A stretch of DNA of 64,000 nt from Cirrosporium novae-zelandiae (lineage: Eukaryota), in the NCBI GenBank assembly GCA_026023565.1, contig JAPETS010000031.1:62001-126000 (forward strand). The letters are read 5' to 3'. Positions within the stretch are counted from its first letter, which is position 1; every line of letters begins with the position of its first letter. The notes under the pieces were generated by a model, which did not search any database, had not been told where the DNA came from, and was given only the letters and a program-made list of their open reading frames with translations. Made by a program: the position numbers and the translations under genes. Below, one piece after another: positions 38,199 through 49,900 of the stretch.

Positions 38199-39920
38199 TT
38201 CAATCGACTGCGAGATTTGTATATATTTTTGGCGAAAAACTTTACTTTGAATAGGGGATTAGAAGCTGGCGTGGTTTTCCTTGGCGTTATTGGTATTTTG
38301 TTTTATCCATCTACCGCGGCTACGAGGGTTTGTTGCATTCTTTAAGCCCCGATGAAGGCCGAAGATATTCCACGTGATAACATCGCACGTCCGATCCGGA
38401 GAGAATGGTAGTCATACACGGATGAATGGGATGGTTATTTTTTGTCCTTTATTTCAGGATTTCCCAGCTCGTTCGTGTTACCAATTCTTACAATAGACTA
38501 TGTTAGAGTTCCCAATGAATATCTGACCATCTACTATCATGATCTTTTACCACTACCTTTGTAGCATGCAAAGCCCTATCTTACTCATAAGTCAAACAAC
38601 GACCCAATAGGTAGGTCATGAACGGCCGATTATTTAGCAGACTTCCACCAAAACAACACCTTCTTCCATCGATCGCACTATAGACCAATGAATTATTCAT
38701 CAGACTGAGGGGATGTGATACCTCGAACCGACCGACCTGGAACGAAAACGCAAACAACAATAATTACCGTATTCGACAGCCAACCAACCTACAGTACCTA
38801 AATTATCTAGAAAGTATTATTAAAAGAGAAAAGGAAGAGCGAAAAAAAAAACTATTCCAGCCAACGGGTTTTTCATTTTTTTTTTGTTTCAATCAAGATA
38901 TAATTACGTATGACGAGACCATTCATTGCACACCATCCATCCCAACAGACGGATAGACAGACAGATTATAGAGCGATCCATCTTCCCCCCCCCCCGCCTT
39001 CTCTCTCCACTGAAAGAAAAATAAAAAACAAAAAGGCTGACTGACACACCACTAGAGGTCCATTTCCAGTTTCCTATTCCATTTGCATTTGCATTTCCCA
39101 CCGGGGGGGCAATAATCTATTATTCCCTTGTTACTATTTCCTATTTCTTCCCGAGTTAACTAACTCAACTTCTTCGCTTCACGATGATGAGGGAAAAAAC
39201 CAATTAAAAAAAAAAGTGAAAAAATATTCCTCATCCAAAACTCAGCCATTCGAAGATTCCCGTCTGTTCCATGTTATTAAGATATGTAAGAAGCACCGAT
39301 ATGATAATAATACGATGACTTTTTTCTGCTTCCCTTGGAAGCTAGCTTCTCCCTCCTTTCTTTTCTTTCCTGCTTTCTTTCATTGGGGAACGCATGTGCA
39401 TCCCAAGCCTAAGACCTGATGAATCGATTGACTGACAAAGGAAAGTCATGATGAGCACAAAAAACACAAACGAATGTAATGGTGGTGGTACAAAACTAAA
39501 TTCCCAGCCGCCCTGCCTACCAAGCGGCAAATTTCGATTACAAGGTCGAAAAAACCTTTCTTCGAAACAGTAAAGAAGAATTAGAGTAAAATGGGGTGTG
39601 TTGCATCCTTCCTGTCTTGTTTCCGCTCTGGTTTCCATGTTTCGCTACTATCCCCCAACCTGAAAATGATACCCTCCCCACTTGCATTTGAACTGATTTC
39701 TCAAAAACTTGACGAGCATGCAACAACTTGATATATTCAACACGCTTCCTTCCAACCGAGCGCTGATACCTGATACCAGGTTTCCGAAACTGGTAAAACT
39801 TGTACTAAAACCCACACGCGATAACCGGCAAAAAACATGATAAAAGTCTCTCGCAACGAAACCGAAGGAAATTCGTCATTAGTTGGTATCTTTGTAACAA
39901 AAATGGGAAATAGAGAGGTG

Positions 39921-41438
39921 TTAAGATGCCGGCGCAGCGGCTGCAGGAGCAACAGGTGCAGCAGTAGTAGTTGCAGATTGTGATGGTGGTTGTGATACAT
40001 CTATCATCACCCCATTCCCCATGGGACTATCGGCATGAGGAGCGGGCTCCGACATACGCATTTTTTTGGCCGCCGGTTGCTCAGAGGTCTTCCAGGTATG
40101 AACTTCGGATTCCAGTTCGACCAATCTTCGCTTTAATCCGTTCTCTCTCTCTTGAGCTTCGGCCACGTACTGCCGCATCTGATCTTCTAATTGTGTGACA
40201 CGACCCGAGTATAGTTCGTTGATAACCTCCAGCTCGCTCACTCTTGTTTTCAGTTGTCCGTTGGATGCGACGAGGCTTTCATAGGTAGGTGGAGGCTCGA
40301 GGTGACGGTCAGCCAAAGAGGCGGTGGAGCCTGGAGAAGGATGGCTTAGGATGGAAGATATGGATTGAGAGGGATGGAAGCCATGATTATTTAATGAAGC
40401 GCCATCGAACATGTGTTGGGGAGCGATGTTCGGATCGTGGGAATGGAGGCCGGGCGTATCAATGCGTGAGATAGGCGAGTTGGATCGGTCGGAAGCACCA
40501 GAGGACTTTTGAGAAGTTCTTCGATGATTAGGTTGTCCTGGTGGAGGAGTGCCAGTATCATTCTTCTTTTTTGTCCCTTGGCCGGCAGTCTTGATTCGGT
40601 TTCTACTCTTGATAACGTCGGTTTTGAGGCTTATCGGTCGCGGCCGGCCATGCAGCTTCAGGAAAAGACCACAGGCATTGCAGAGGACCGAACCGATTTC
40701 ATCGCGACGCCAGAGAGGAGTGGTCGAAGTACCACAATTTTGGCAGACAGGCTGTTGAGCGCGTTCGTGGTCAGTCAAAGTTGCCATGTTGTGAGTTGAT
40801 AAGAAGAGTTGGGCGATAAGATTGCGAAAGGATCTTTCCCGCGAGTTTTCGCTTCGGGGAGGCTTCCAACGCTTAATTCGTAGAGTACTTACAGGACTAT
40901 TAGAATTGCCGCCACTGGCAGCAGGTGATGAAGCCGAGTAAGTCATATTTTGCGAAGCATTGTAGGCTCTAAAATCATATTTATCAAATTAGCAAAGGAT
41001 TTATTCGCCCTCTCGGCATATCCCTCTGAGGTGGCATCGCATGATGCTAAACCCAACTTCAACCGCCAGCCCTGGACTAAAGAATCTGCGGTGAGCGTTT
41101 AACAATCAAAATGCCACTAACCTGAGATGAGATGGATCAGACGCAACCGAAGCCAGCGCTGAAAGCCCTGGAAGCACTAGATTCGGATTTTGGACGTGTT
41201 GTGATGGTTGTTGTCCCTGTGATTGTGGTAAATGTAGGAAGGTGGTCGAGGACTGTGTCGAGGTCGATGAAGGCCTTGATATCTCGTGTTCCCCTGGCAA
41301 AGGTGACCGCGTCCGCCCTTCGGCAGAGGACGATTGATTCAGTGGGGGAAGATAGTGAGACTGTGGTGTAGCTGGATGGTCGATGGCCGGGTCGATGGGC
41401 GAAGCCCTATAAAGAGGAGGAGCCAGGGCTGAAGCCAC
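39921..41438 (-). CDS. areB: GATA zinc-finger/leucine-zipper transcription factor, AreB/ASD-4/Dal80 type; long isoform exons 41438-41122, 40968-40893, 40751-39921
   Basis: [56 protein letters not shown] finger; [23 protein letters not shown] zipper; GUG start at 41438, alternative ATGs at 40946 and 40787. Confidence 0.92.
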
Positions 41439-41514
41439 GATGAATGAGGTAACGGGGAGAGGTATAGAATCGAGCCTGAGAGAGCCCGAGTTATGGTGAA
41501 GAAGGGATACCGTA

Positions 41515-41830
41515 TAAAGCGGATAATATCGTGACTGTCGCCGCTATCGTTGGGTGTGGTTTACGGATAAGGGTGGGTAGCTACTATCGGGATCAAGGAG
41601 AAGGGCCGGGGGGGGAGGGGGGGGGGAAGATAAATCCAGGAGAATTGAAAGAGGGAGAATAGGTAGATGTATATGGTGGTATAGAAGAATTGATATTATG
41701 TTAAGGGGAATATTAAAAAGCTACCGAAACATGAGGTAGACAATTGATGATAGTTGTTCGTGGGTGGAAGATTACTGTTCTCAGGTGGTTGATTCAGGAT
41801 TCAGGATAAAAAAGATAAAAAAGATCTGGC
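41515..41830. promoter_or_regulatory. Cluster of GATAA elements upstream of the GATA factor gene
   Basis: GGATAA (~41521), GGATAAG (~41565), AGATAAA (~41629) and tandem GGATAAAAAAGATAAAAAAGATC (~41804-41826). Confidence 0.45.
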
Positions 41831-43967
41831 AGGCACAATCAATCAGAGATTCGTTCAGTCAGCAGCTGCTTTGGTTCTTTCCCGGGAAGGGTAAGGATAG
41901 TAAGGATGGTAAGGATGGGTAAGGATGCCTGGTCTCAGTCTCAGGTTCTGGGTTACTTTACTTGGGGCTACTTGGCCTACATTGGGCTACTTTGGGCCTA
42001 CTCTTGGGCTACCTGCTTTGGGGCTACCTGAATCCGTCGGTTCGCCTGTTCGTTTGTTTACTCCAGTAGTGGTACCAGTATCTCAAGTTCCTCCCTCACC
42101 TTCTTTTCGGTCAGATTTTATTATCTCTCTAACCTCTTTGTTCTAAACTTGATTGACTTTGACGGGGACTTATCCCTAACGAGCCTCCGATTAAATCTAA
42201 AATTGCCTGGTCGTGTGCCTGTCCTTCCATTGCTTCTGTGACTTCTTCCGCTCCTTCCATCTTCCTTTTCTCCTTCGGCTACTCTTCTTTCCTCCGTTTA
42301 TTACGGGGCGATCCCCAACACCAACGGTAATTTAGACTAGATTGTTCCCCCCCCCCCCAAAATAAGGGGCTTGTCGTATCCAGTATATCCCCATTCTGGT
42401 TGGTGCAAATACCTGGCAGCCCTGCGGTTTTACAGGGAATCTACAGGGAATCATTAAGATTGCCTACAAATGTTACAGGGAAGTATCGACACCGCCATGT
42501 CTCGGGGAAAGCGGACACTACTGGTTACAGCTATTGAAGCCATCAGAGCCACTCCAAAGCAAAATTTTACTCGACACGGTCATTCCATGGATATTTTAAT
42601 TAATTACCTAGGTATCTTCTGAGGGTAGATACCGATAACAAACTGATAAAAAAAAAGATCTACCCTTATCAAAATGTGCCAATGTATTTATCTAAAAAAG
42701 TTCCGATATCTAATCCATAATCTATTGATTGATTGATTCTCAAGGTTTCCTTTGTATCTCTTCTCAAATGAGAGGTAGAGAGAAAGAAGGAAAGAAAGAG
42801 ATAGAGCGAGAAGAGGGGCCGGTCCAGACCTCAATTGATATTGGACTTGATATTGTTTCGGGGAATCCATTACATTAGATGAACTGCAGTAATTCCTAGA
42901 CTGGCCCCCCCACTCCCCAAACTGATAGTAATCATGGTACTGTACTTCCTCTTCAATCTAATTTACGTTATTAACTATAATTAGTCCTACCAGACTTTTT
43001 TCTTATTCTATTATTTCTATCGTATGGTTACCACTTAAGTTACTGGGCATTATTGGGAATTTTCTTCTTCTTTAATCTGTAAAGAGTCTGGAATAAATAA
43101 TAAATTAATAAGGATTCGTCCTCTTATTGAAATGTGATAGATCCTTATTTTTATAGATGGTTCTCAAATAGGAGTTGAGACTCAACAAGAAGACAGTTTT
43201 ATAAAAATTATGCAGACAAGATAGAAAAAGAAAGGACTAAAAATAATAAAGAAAGAATTCTCAAGGAAAAGATTATTTGAATTCTTTAAGACCCCCCTTT
43301 CCCTTGTCTGTTCATCCCCTCTGGATCTTTCAATTAAAAAAGGAGGCCGTTTATTTTTTTTCTTCTCAATAATGCGACGATCCAGTGATGGGGCCTATCT
43401 GGCTCCATTGTCTAAGCCCATCTTAGCTAATACTTCAAGGAAAGGTAAAGTTGCCGCCAAGAGTGAAAGAGGGAGCTTCGAAGTTTCCATCGGTTGGCAA
43501 TGGGCATTGCATTGTTGCTGTTGTTAGCCAAAACATCACAAGCTTCACGGAATAAACTTATTGCCTTTTAGCAAAGAGTAACTACGGTGTGCCGACACTC
43601 TGCCAGACCAAAAGTACATACTGCTTGTATCTTCATCATCACCATCACCATCACCATCACGAAACCCCCCCCCCCCCCCCAACTCAGGCATCCAACAATT
43701 ATCACTTCATCAATCGCTAAGACCTTCCATAATCTGTCATTCTCTCTGCCAACTTTATCAACAAATAACAAATTCAACCCATATGTCTTGCTAATATAAT
43801 TGCTTATACATTTTCCCATATGCTTCTTTTAATAACTTTTATCCACACCAAATCGAGACAATAGCGCCTATTCCAATCCTCCTTTCCCTTTTTCTACCAT
43901 CCAACCACCGACTATCGACTACCGACGACGGTCTTTTACTTCACTATTATCGTCCATTCTCTTTAAT

Positions 43968-46381
43968 ATGCCTAAGCCTAGGCCTCCCACGTCTGGCTAT
44001 GCTCGAATAGCTCAGGCCGAGGAATATGAACGCCACGGAGATCTTGACGATTCGTCCGATGAAGATCCTTACACTGCACCTTTGAGACTCTCGTCTGATA
44101 CTGCCCGATATGCACCAATACAGCCTCAACGTCAAGGGCATTTGTACCCTCCAGGGCCTAGTGGTTCGACATCTTCTCGACGTAGAAGACCGGGTCGTTC
44201 AAGGGCACCAAGTAATTCTTCGGGTGTGGATATAAAAGCAATAAATGCACGATTGGAAAGATGGGCGGAGGAGATTGCCTCAAAGTTTAAGATCACCAAG
44301 TTTAAGGGGAAGACACATGAGGAGGAGCAACTTGAGATTCATCATTCCGTCTTTCGTCCTCCGGAGGGCATGCGGCCGAAAACTTCCGAAAGTCTTACAA
44401 GGGACCTTTCGGATGAAGCGAATCATAGAATGACCAAGCTTGAATTTGAGGATATCGTGGAGAGCGTACGAACAGCCATTGAACTAGGTTTTCACCCGAA
44501 GATGATAACTCAGGGTAGCTCAGGCAGCTATTTTGCCAGGAACAGTGAGGGAAAAGTTGTAGGCGTCTTCAAACCAAAAGACGAAGAACCTTATGCATCG
44601 AAGAACCCCAAGTGGACTAAATGGATACATAGAAATCTCTTTCCTTGTTTCTTTGGAAGAGCGTGCCTGATACCTAATCTATCGTACGTATCAGAGGCAG
44701 CGGCATACGTTTTGGACAGTCGGCTTGGAACAAACCTGGTACCTTACACGGACATTGTCTGGCTTTCATCAAAGTCTTTTTCCTACGACTTTTGGGACCG
44801 AAGATCCTACTATCTTAAAGGGAAACCATTACCCGCTAAAATCGGTAGCTTCCAGGTCTTTCTCAGGGGGTTTAAGGATGCAAATGTCTTCTTGAAAGAG
44901 CATCCATGGCCAGATCATTACAATTCGGGATTTAATCCCGACGATGCTCCTAGGCGAAAGAAGCGGACATGGTCGCAAACCTGTAGGCCAACATCTAGCG
45001 CTTCCGATGACGACGATAGGGCACCAGATTCTGCTTCTCCGGTGGATGACACGCCTCACCACCGGTTTGCATGGACGGAGACATTACAGCAAGCATTTCG
45101 GGAAGAGTTGGAAAAGCTGGTTATTCTTGATTATATAATGCGGAATACAGATAGAGGCTTAGACAATTGGATGGTGAAGGTTGATTGGGAGAAGGAAGAA
45201 GTTTCAATCGTATCAGATCCGCCAAAGTTGAATGGAAATGTGGAACAATCAAATGGACATATTCCATCATCGGATGGAACTGGGGACACTTTATATATGT
45301 CCGATTTGCATCCATACAAACGCCAAGAGGCAATGTCAGCAACTAGCCGCTCAGGAACACCATCTAGCTCTACTGACGTCCCCTCCATTTCTCTCGGGGC
45401 TATTGATAACAGTTTGTCGTGGCCCTGGAAACATCCAGACGCTGTAAGTTGAATCATCTCACGGCGAGGACCTTGACTGAACATTTATAGTGGCGTAGTT
45501 TTCCTTTTGGGTGGCTATTTTTGCCTGTTTCGCTCATTGGACGACCTTTTTCCCAAAAGACTCGAGACCACTTCTTACCTTTATTGACTTCTACAGCATG
45601 GTGGAGTGAGACCCAAATGTCTCTACGTCGAATTTTTAGCCAAGACTCTGATTTCAAAGAGAGTATGTTTGCCAGGCAAATAGCCGTTATGAAGGGCCAG
45701 GCGTGGAATGTGGTTGAAACTCTTAAGACTCCTGACCACGGGCCTTTGGAGCTGACCCGAAGAACACGCGTCTGTGTTTGGGATGACTTGGTCAATATTC
45801 CTGTTGCGATTCCACTTCGTGTACCTTCCTCTGAAATGCGGCGACGGAGAGAGGCAGAGCTGCGGAGAAATGTTGAAGAGGAAATGGACATTGGCAGCGC
45901 TTCCGCTCCGGCACCACAGTTTGATCTACTCGGTCCCTTATCTCCCTCGATGGACATGCCAAGTCCACACCGGTTTGAGCTTTCACGGGATCCCAGTATT
46001 GGCGATTTAGACCAAGACGGCGAGGATGTCAAGACGCCAGCTACTGGGCAAAATATGGACTACAACCATTTCAATAACACCGAAGAAGCAAAACATCGGT
46101 TTGCAGATGATGTAAATTCACAGTTTCGACCTGGTTTTGGACGATCTGGGGCCAGGTCGAGCTTTGAACAATATCGAAAACTACCCAAGGCCGGAGGACA
46201 ACGGCGGCGTTTATCTCATTCGGAGAGGCAAACAAATACGGCGTTCTTATACGATGGAGATGATTTAGAGGGCGATCTTGGTTACGCACTGGCTACAGAT
46301 ATGGAAGGGAGTCAGCGAAAAGTCATTGTGGAAAGACTTGAAACGGTTAAAAGTAAAAATCCTGTCTTCACGTGGTGTTAG
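43968..46381 (+). CDS. LSB6: Type II phosphatidylinositol 4-kinase Lsb6 (exons 43968-45443, 45491-46381)
   Basis: QGSSGSYF, GVFKPKDEEPY, PCFFGRACLIPNLSYVSEAAAY, LDYIMRNTDRGLDNW, AIDNSLSWPWKHPD-WRSFPFGW, C-terminal PVFTWC; intron 45444-45490. Confidence 0.95.
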
Positions 46382-46959
46382 ATGTATCATACGAAGCGAC
46401 GGCATCTGGAATGGGCGTTTGCTAGGACATGTGTTATGCAAGCTATCCTCTGTGCATTGGGTGTTCTAATGGACTGCACGTCGAAATGAGATATATATCT
46501 CGTATTCACCGAGTTGTAGATGTCCCCTTGTGAATGAATGAAAGCAAATGCCAAGCATATTTATATTTGATATGGGTCATATTTTTGAATGTTGAGAACT
46601 TGGAGTAGATAATATAACGTTGATTAAAAACTACCTAGGTAGTCATTGTTGTTGATGGTGTTGATCAACTGGAGGCTTAAAGGCTTGGTCTATTTACTAA
46701 AGTAGTGTGCCGATCTAATCGACCAATCGGGCCGAAAGTTGTCATTGACTCCAACCATCGGGAGCCACTAGAATAGAGTCTTCGAGGACGTGGAGTAGAT
46801 GAAGCCCGTTCAATTGAGGTGTTTATTTCGGGATCGCGGCTTCAAATTTTATCCATGTTTTTTCTTTCTTACTTTATTTAGTGGAAATAATTTCTTCTTC
46901 TTCCCCGGATTTGTGCAAAGTTGATTCTAGCATAATTAGATAAGGCGAAGTTTCTCGAA

Positions 46960-49900
46960 ATGAATGACCGTTCGGCGGAACCCTTCGGAGAAGATTCTCC
47001 TCATATGCCTATTTCGTCGGCCTTGAATGAATATCCACAATCACCTACGATATCACTAGATCCAACATCACATAAAGCACGACCAACTCAGGGTATTTAA
47101 TCTTCCTTCTTCTGTTCTTTTTGTCCCCCGAAATAACAAGGTAACGGGCGAAATATCTAGTTGGGATATGTAAAAGAATTTGTGGATAGCCGCCACCTAT
47201 TAGGAAAGGGTTTTTGATGAGCGCCAACTCTCGTTCTTAATATATACTACGGGGGCCTTCTAGAAAAGTAGATACTAATTTGTTGTCCCGACGGTTTTAT
47301 CATTAGCTCCGCCCCCGTAATCATCATAGCTGGGATTTGAAATTATAAAGAGGCTCTGTTAATGTTTCTTTAGGTCTCAGCCGTGGACAGACTGTTCCCT
47401 CTTCAAACACATCCGGGGAGTGTTCTTCCACGCCAGTGATAAAACCCCCAGCATCGAGTTCAGAAATCCATCACACCTCCCAACAATTAATTGACACAAA
47501 AGAATTAAATAAAGAAAATAATCCTCTCAACAGCCCATCTACCGCCTTCACAGTTTCGACAGGAATCTCATTTGATCCACCGCAACTCCTTAACCAAACA
47601 GCATTTATCGAAACAACGAAGCCGGGGAGTCATCTAAACTCAAGAAGAGGCAAGTTCCAAGAGGATAATAATATTGTGGATAATACTGTACGGGGATCCT
47701 TCAGGCCATCGGCGGCCATAAATCCGTTACCTTCATACCCTCTCCCATCACCTCAGACATGCCCACTACCTTCATCTGGCCTACTATTTTGTAGGGAGCT
47801 CACTGATCTGCCCCAAGCCTTTGATCAGCGACTTCCATCCTCACACATTGCTCTTCCATTTGGCAGTGAGCTTGTCGATTTGCCTGAAGCTTTGCGACAG
47901 CAAACTATCTCACCTCGCATTCGCCTTCCTTTTGGTACTGAGCTTGTTGATGTGCCTGAAACTTTGCGACAGCAAACTCTCTCACCTCACATTCACCTTC
48001 ATTTTGGCAGTAAGCTTATCGATTTGCCTAAAGACTTTCATCCACAATTGCCTTTACCTCGTATCACTCCGCCTTTTGGCGCGGAGCTCACTGACCTACC
48101 TCGAGGCTTTCATCCACAATCTCCCTCACCAGATATCATTCTCCCTTTTGGTAGCACGCTTACTGATTTACCTCAAGGCTTTGGTCAACGAACACCCTCA
48201 CCACAGATAGCATTACCGTTCCATAGCGAGTTTAATGAATCTGTCGGGATGGCTGACCTCATAGAACAAATGCATAATGTTCAAGCACGTAATGAAAGAC
48301 CAACCAAACGTCTAAGGACAGAAACTACTTTAGAAACTCAATCGTTATCTCTACCTATGAAGTTCACAGATAGGGAAAATTTCGATCTTTCTAGAGACTT
48401 GGAGAAAAGCGATCAACCCTCTGATAATGGTACTTCACGTTCAATGGTACCCATCATGGATACAACAATGAGTCATCCCACAGCTAAATCAATAGAGAAG
48501 TGGAAGGAAGATCTCGAATACAGCTCGAATTCTGCTGACGTTGTAGATTTAACTGGAGGTAATTAGTCTTACATTCCATACATGTCCGCAATTCTAACAG
48601 CTTTCCTAGACGATAATGACACTGATAATGACGATGTCATTATTATAACTAACAAGAGAAAGCAAAAAGATCCAGAAGAAGCAATTGTTTGCTATGGGCG
48701 GGTTGAGGATGCCCAGGTTGTACTTCATACGGTCCCCACGCCGAGCAGAAATGCCGTACCCTTAACCAAAGCAAACTGGCCAACAATGGCAGTGGATATT
48801 ACCAGATATCCCACCACTAGGAACGTAACCATTACAGTAACCGACCCAACAGGCCAAGCTTTTGGTACTGTCGACCCTAAAACTGCTGCTGGGCTTGCAC
48901 CCCTGATGGATAATGCAAGGATGAAGTTACGCGTGCAGGCAAGACTTCCTCCAAGGAAACGCAAGGAAGGCGAGACCCCTGGGCAACAATGTTCGGCTTA
49001 CCTCCCGCTCCATGTTAATCTGTACGGCATGAAAAGGGACGCCAGGGAAGTAGGGGCGCTTCTCAGTCAGAAGCGTATATGGTTAAGGACTCCATTTGCT
49101 TCGGATGCCGGAATCGATATTCTTAATCCTCATGATAAGAGGAACACTGCACTTGGTCAGACACCGGGCGTAAATCCACGCTCAAGCGTTGGAGGGCATG
49201 CCTATATTACCCGTACAATTGAAGAAGTACGTAACGATGTTATGGGGGTATTTGACTCTCTAGGAAACACCGACAAACTTCCCGGGATGGAGCCTCCTTC
49301 GATTGTTCTAACGCCCCTGTTACGTCATCAGAAGCAAGCTCTTCACTTTATGACAGAGAAGGAGAAGGAGTATAGTTCAGACGTGGAGCGAGAGAAAATA
49401 TCCTTATGGAAGACAAAATCGCGCCGTGATGGCAGCAAGGTGTTCTTCAACATCATTACGGGAAAGGAAGAGCGTACGAGGCCTGCAGAACCAAAGGGGG
49501 GGTTGCTAGCAGATGTGATGGGCCTCGGAAAGACTTTGAGTATCCTGTCACTGGTTGCTTCGACGTTTAAGGAATCTGCAACCTGGGGTGAGCGGAAACC
49601 GCCCCCTCCACAATCCCTACAAGATGTAGTTCTCCTTCGCAATTCCAAGACAACCTTACTAATTGCCCCACTAAGTACTGTCACCAACTGGGAGGAGCAG
49701 ATTGTAGCTCATTTGAAAAAAGAGAGTCTTTCTTATCACATATATCATGGTTCACCCCGAACAGATGATGTGCACGTACTCGCGCAATATGACATGGTCA
49801 TAACGACGTATAGCACTGTCTCCAGTGATTGGATGGGGAAAAAAGGAATCAGTCCGCTATTTCAGACAAATTGGTTCCGAATTGTTTTAGATGAGGCACA

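Noticed and set aside
4905..48233. Tandem arrays as possible CRISPR-like repeats
   Set aside because: Eukaryotic context, contiguous units without unique spacers, no cas genes.
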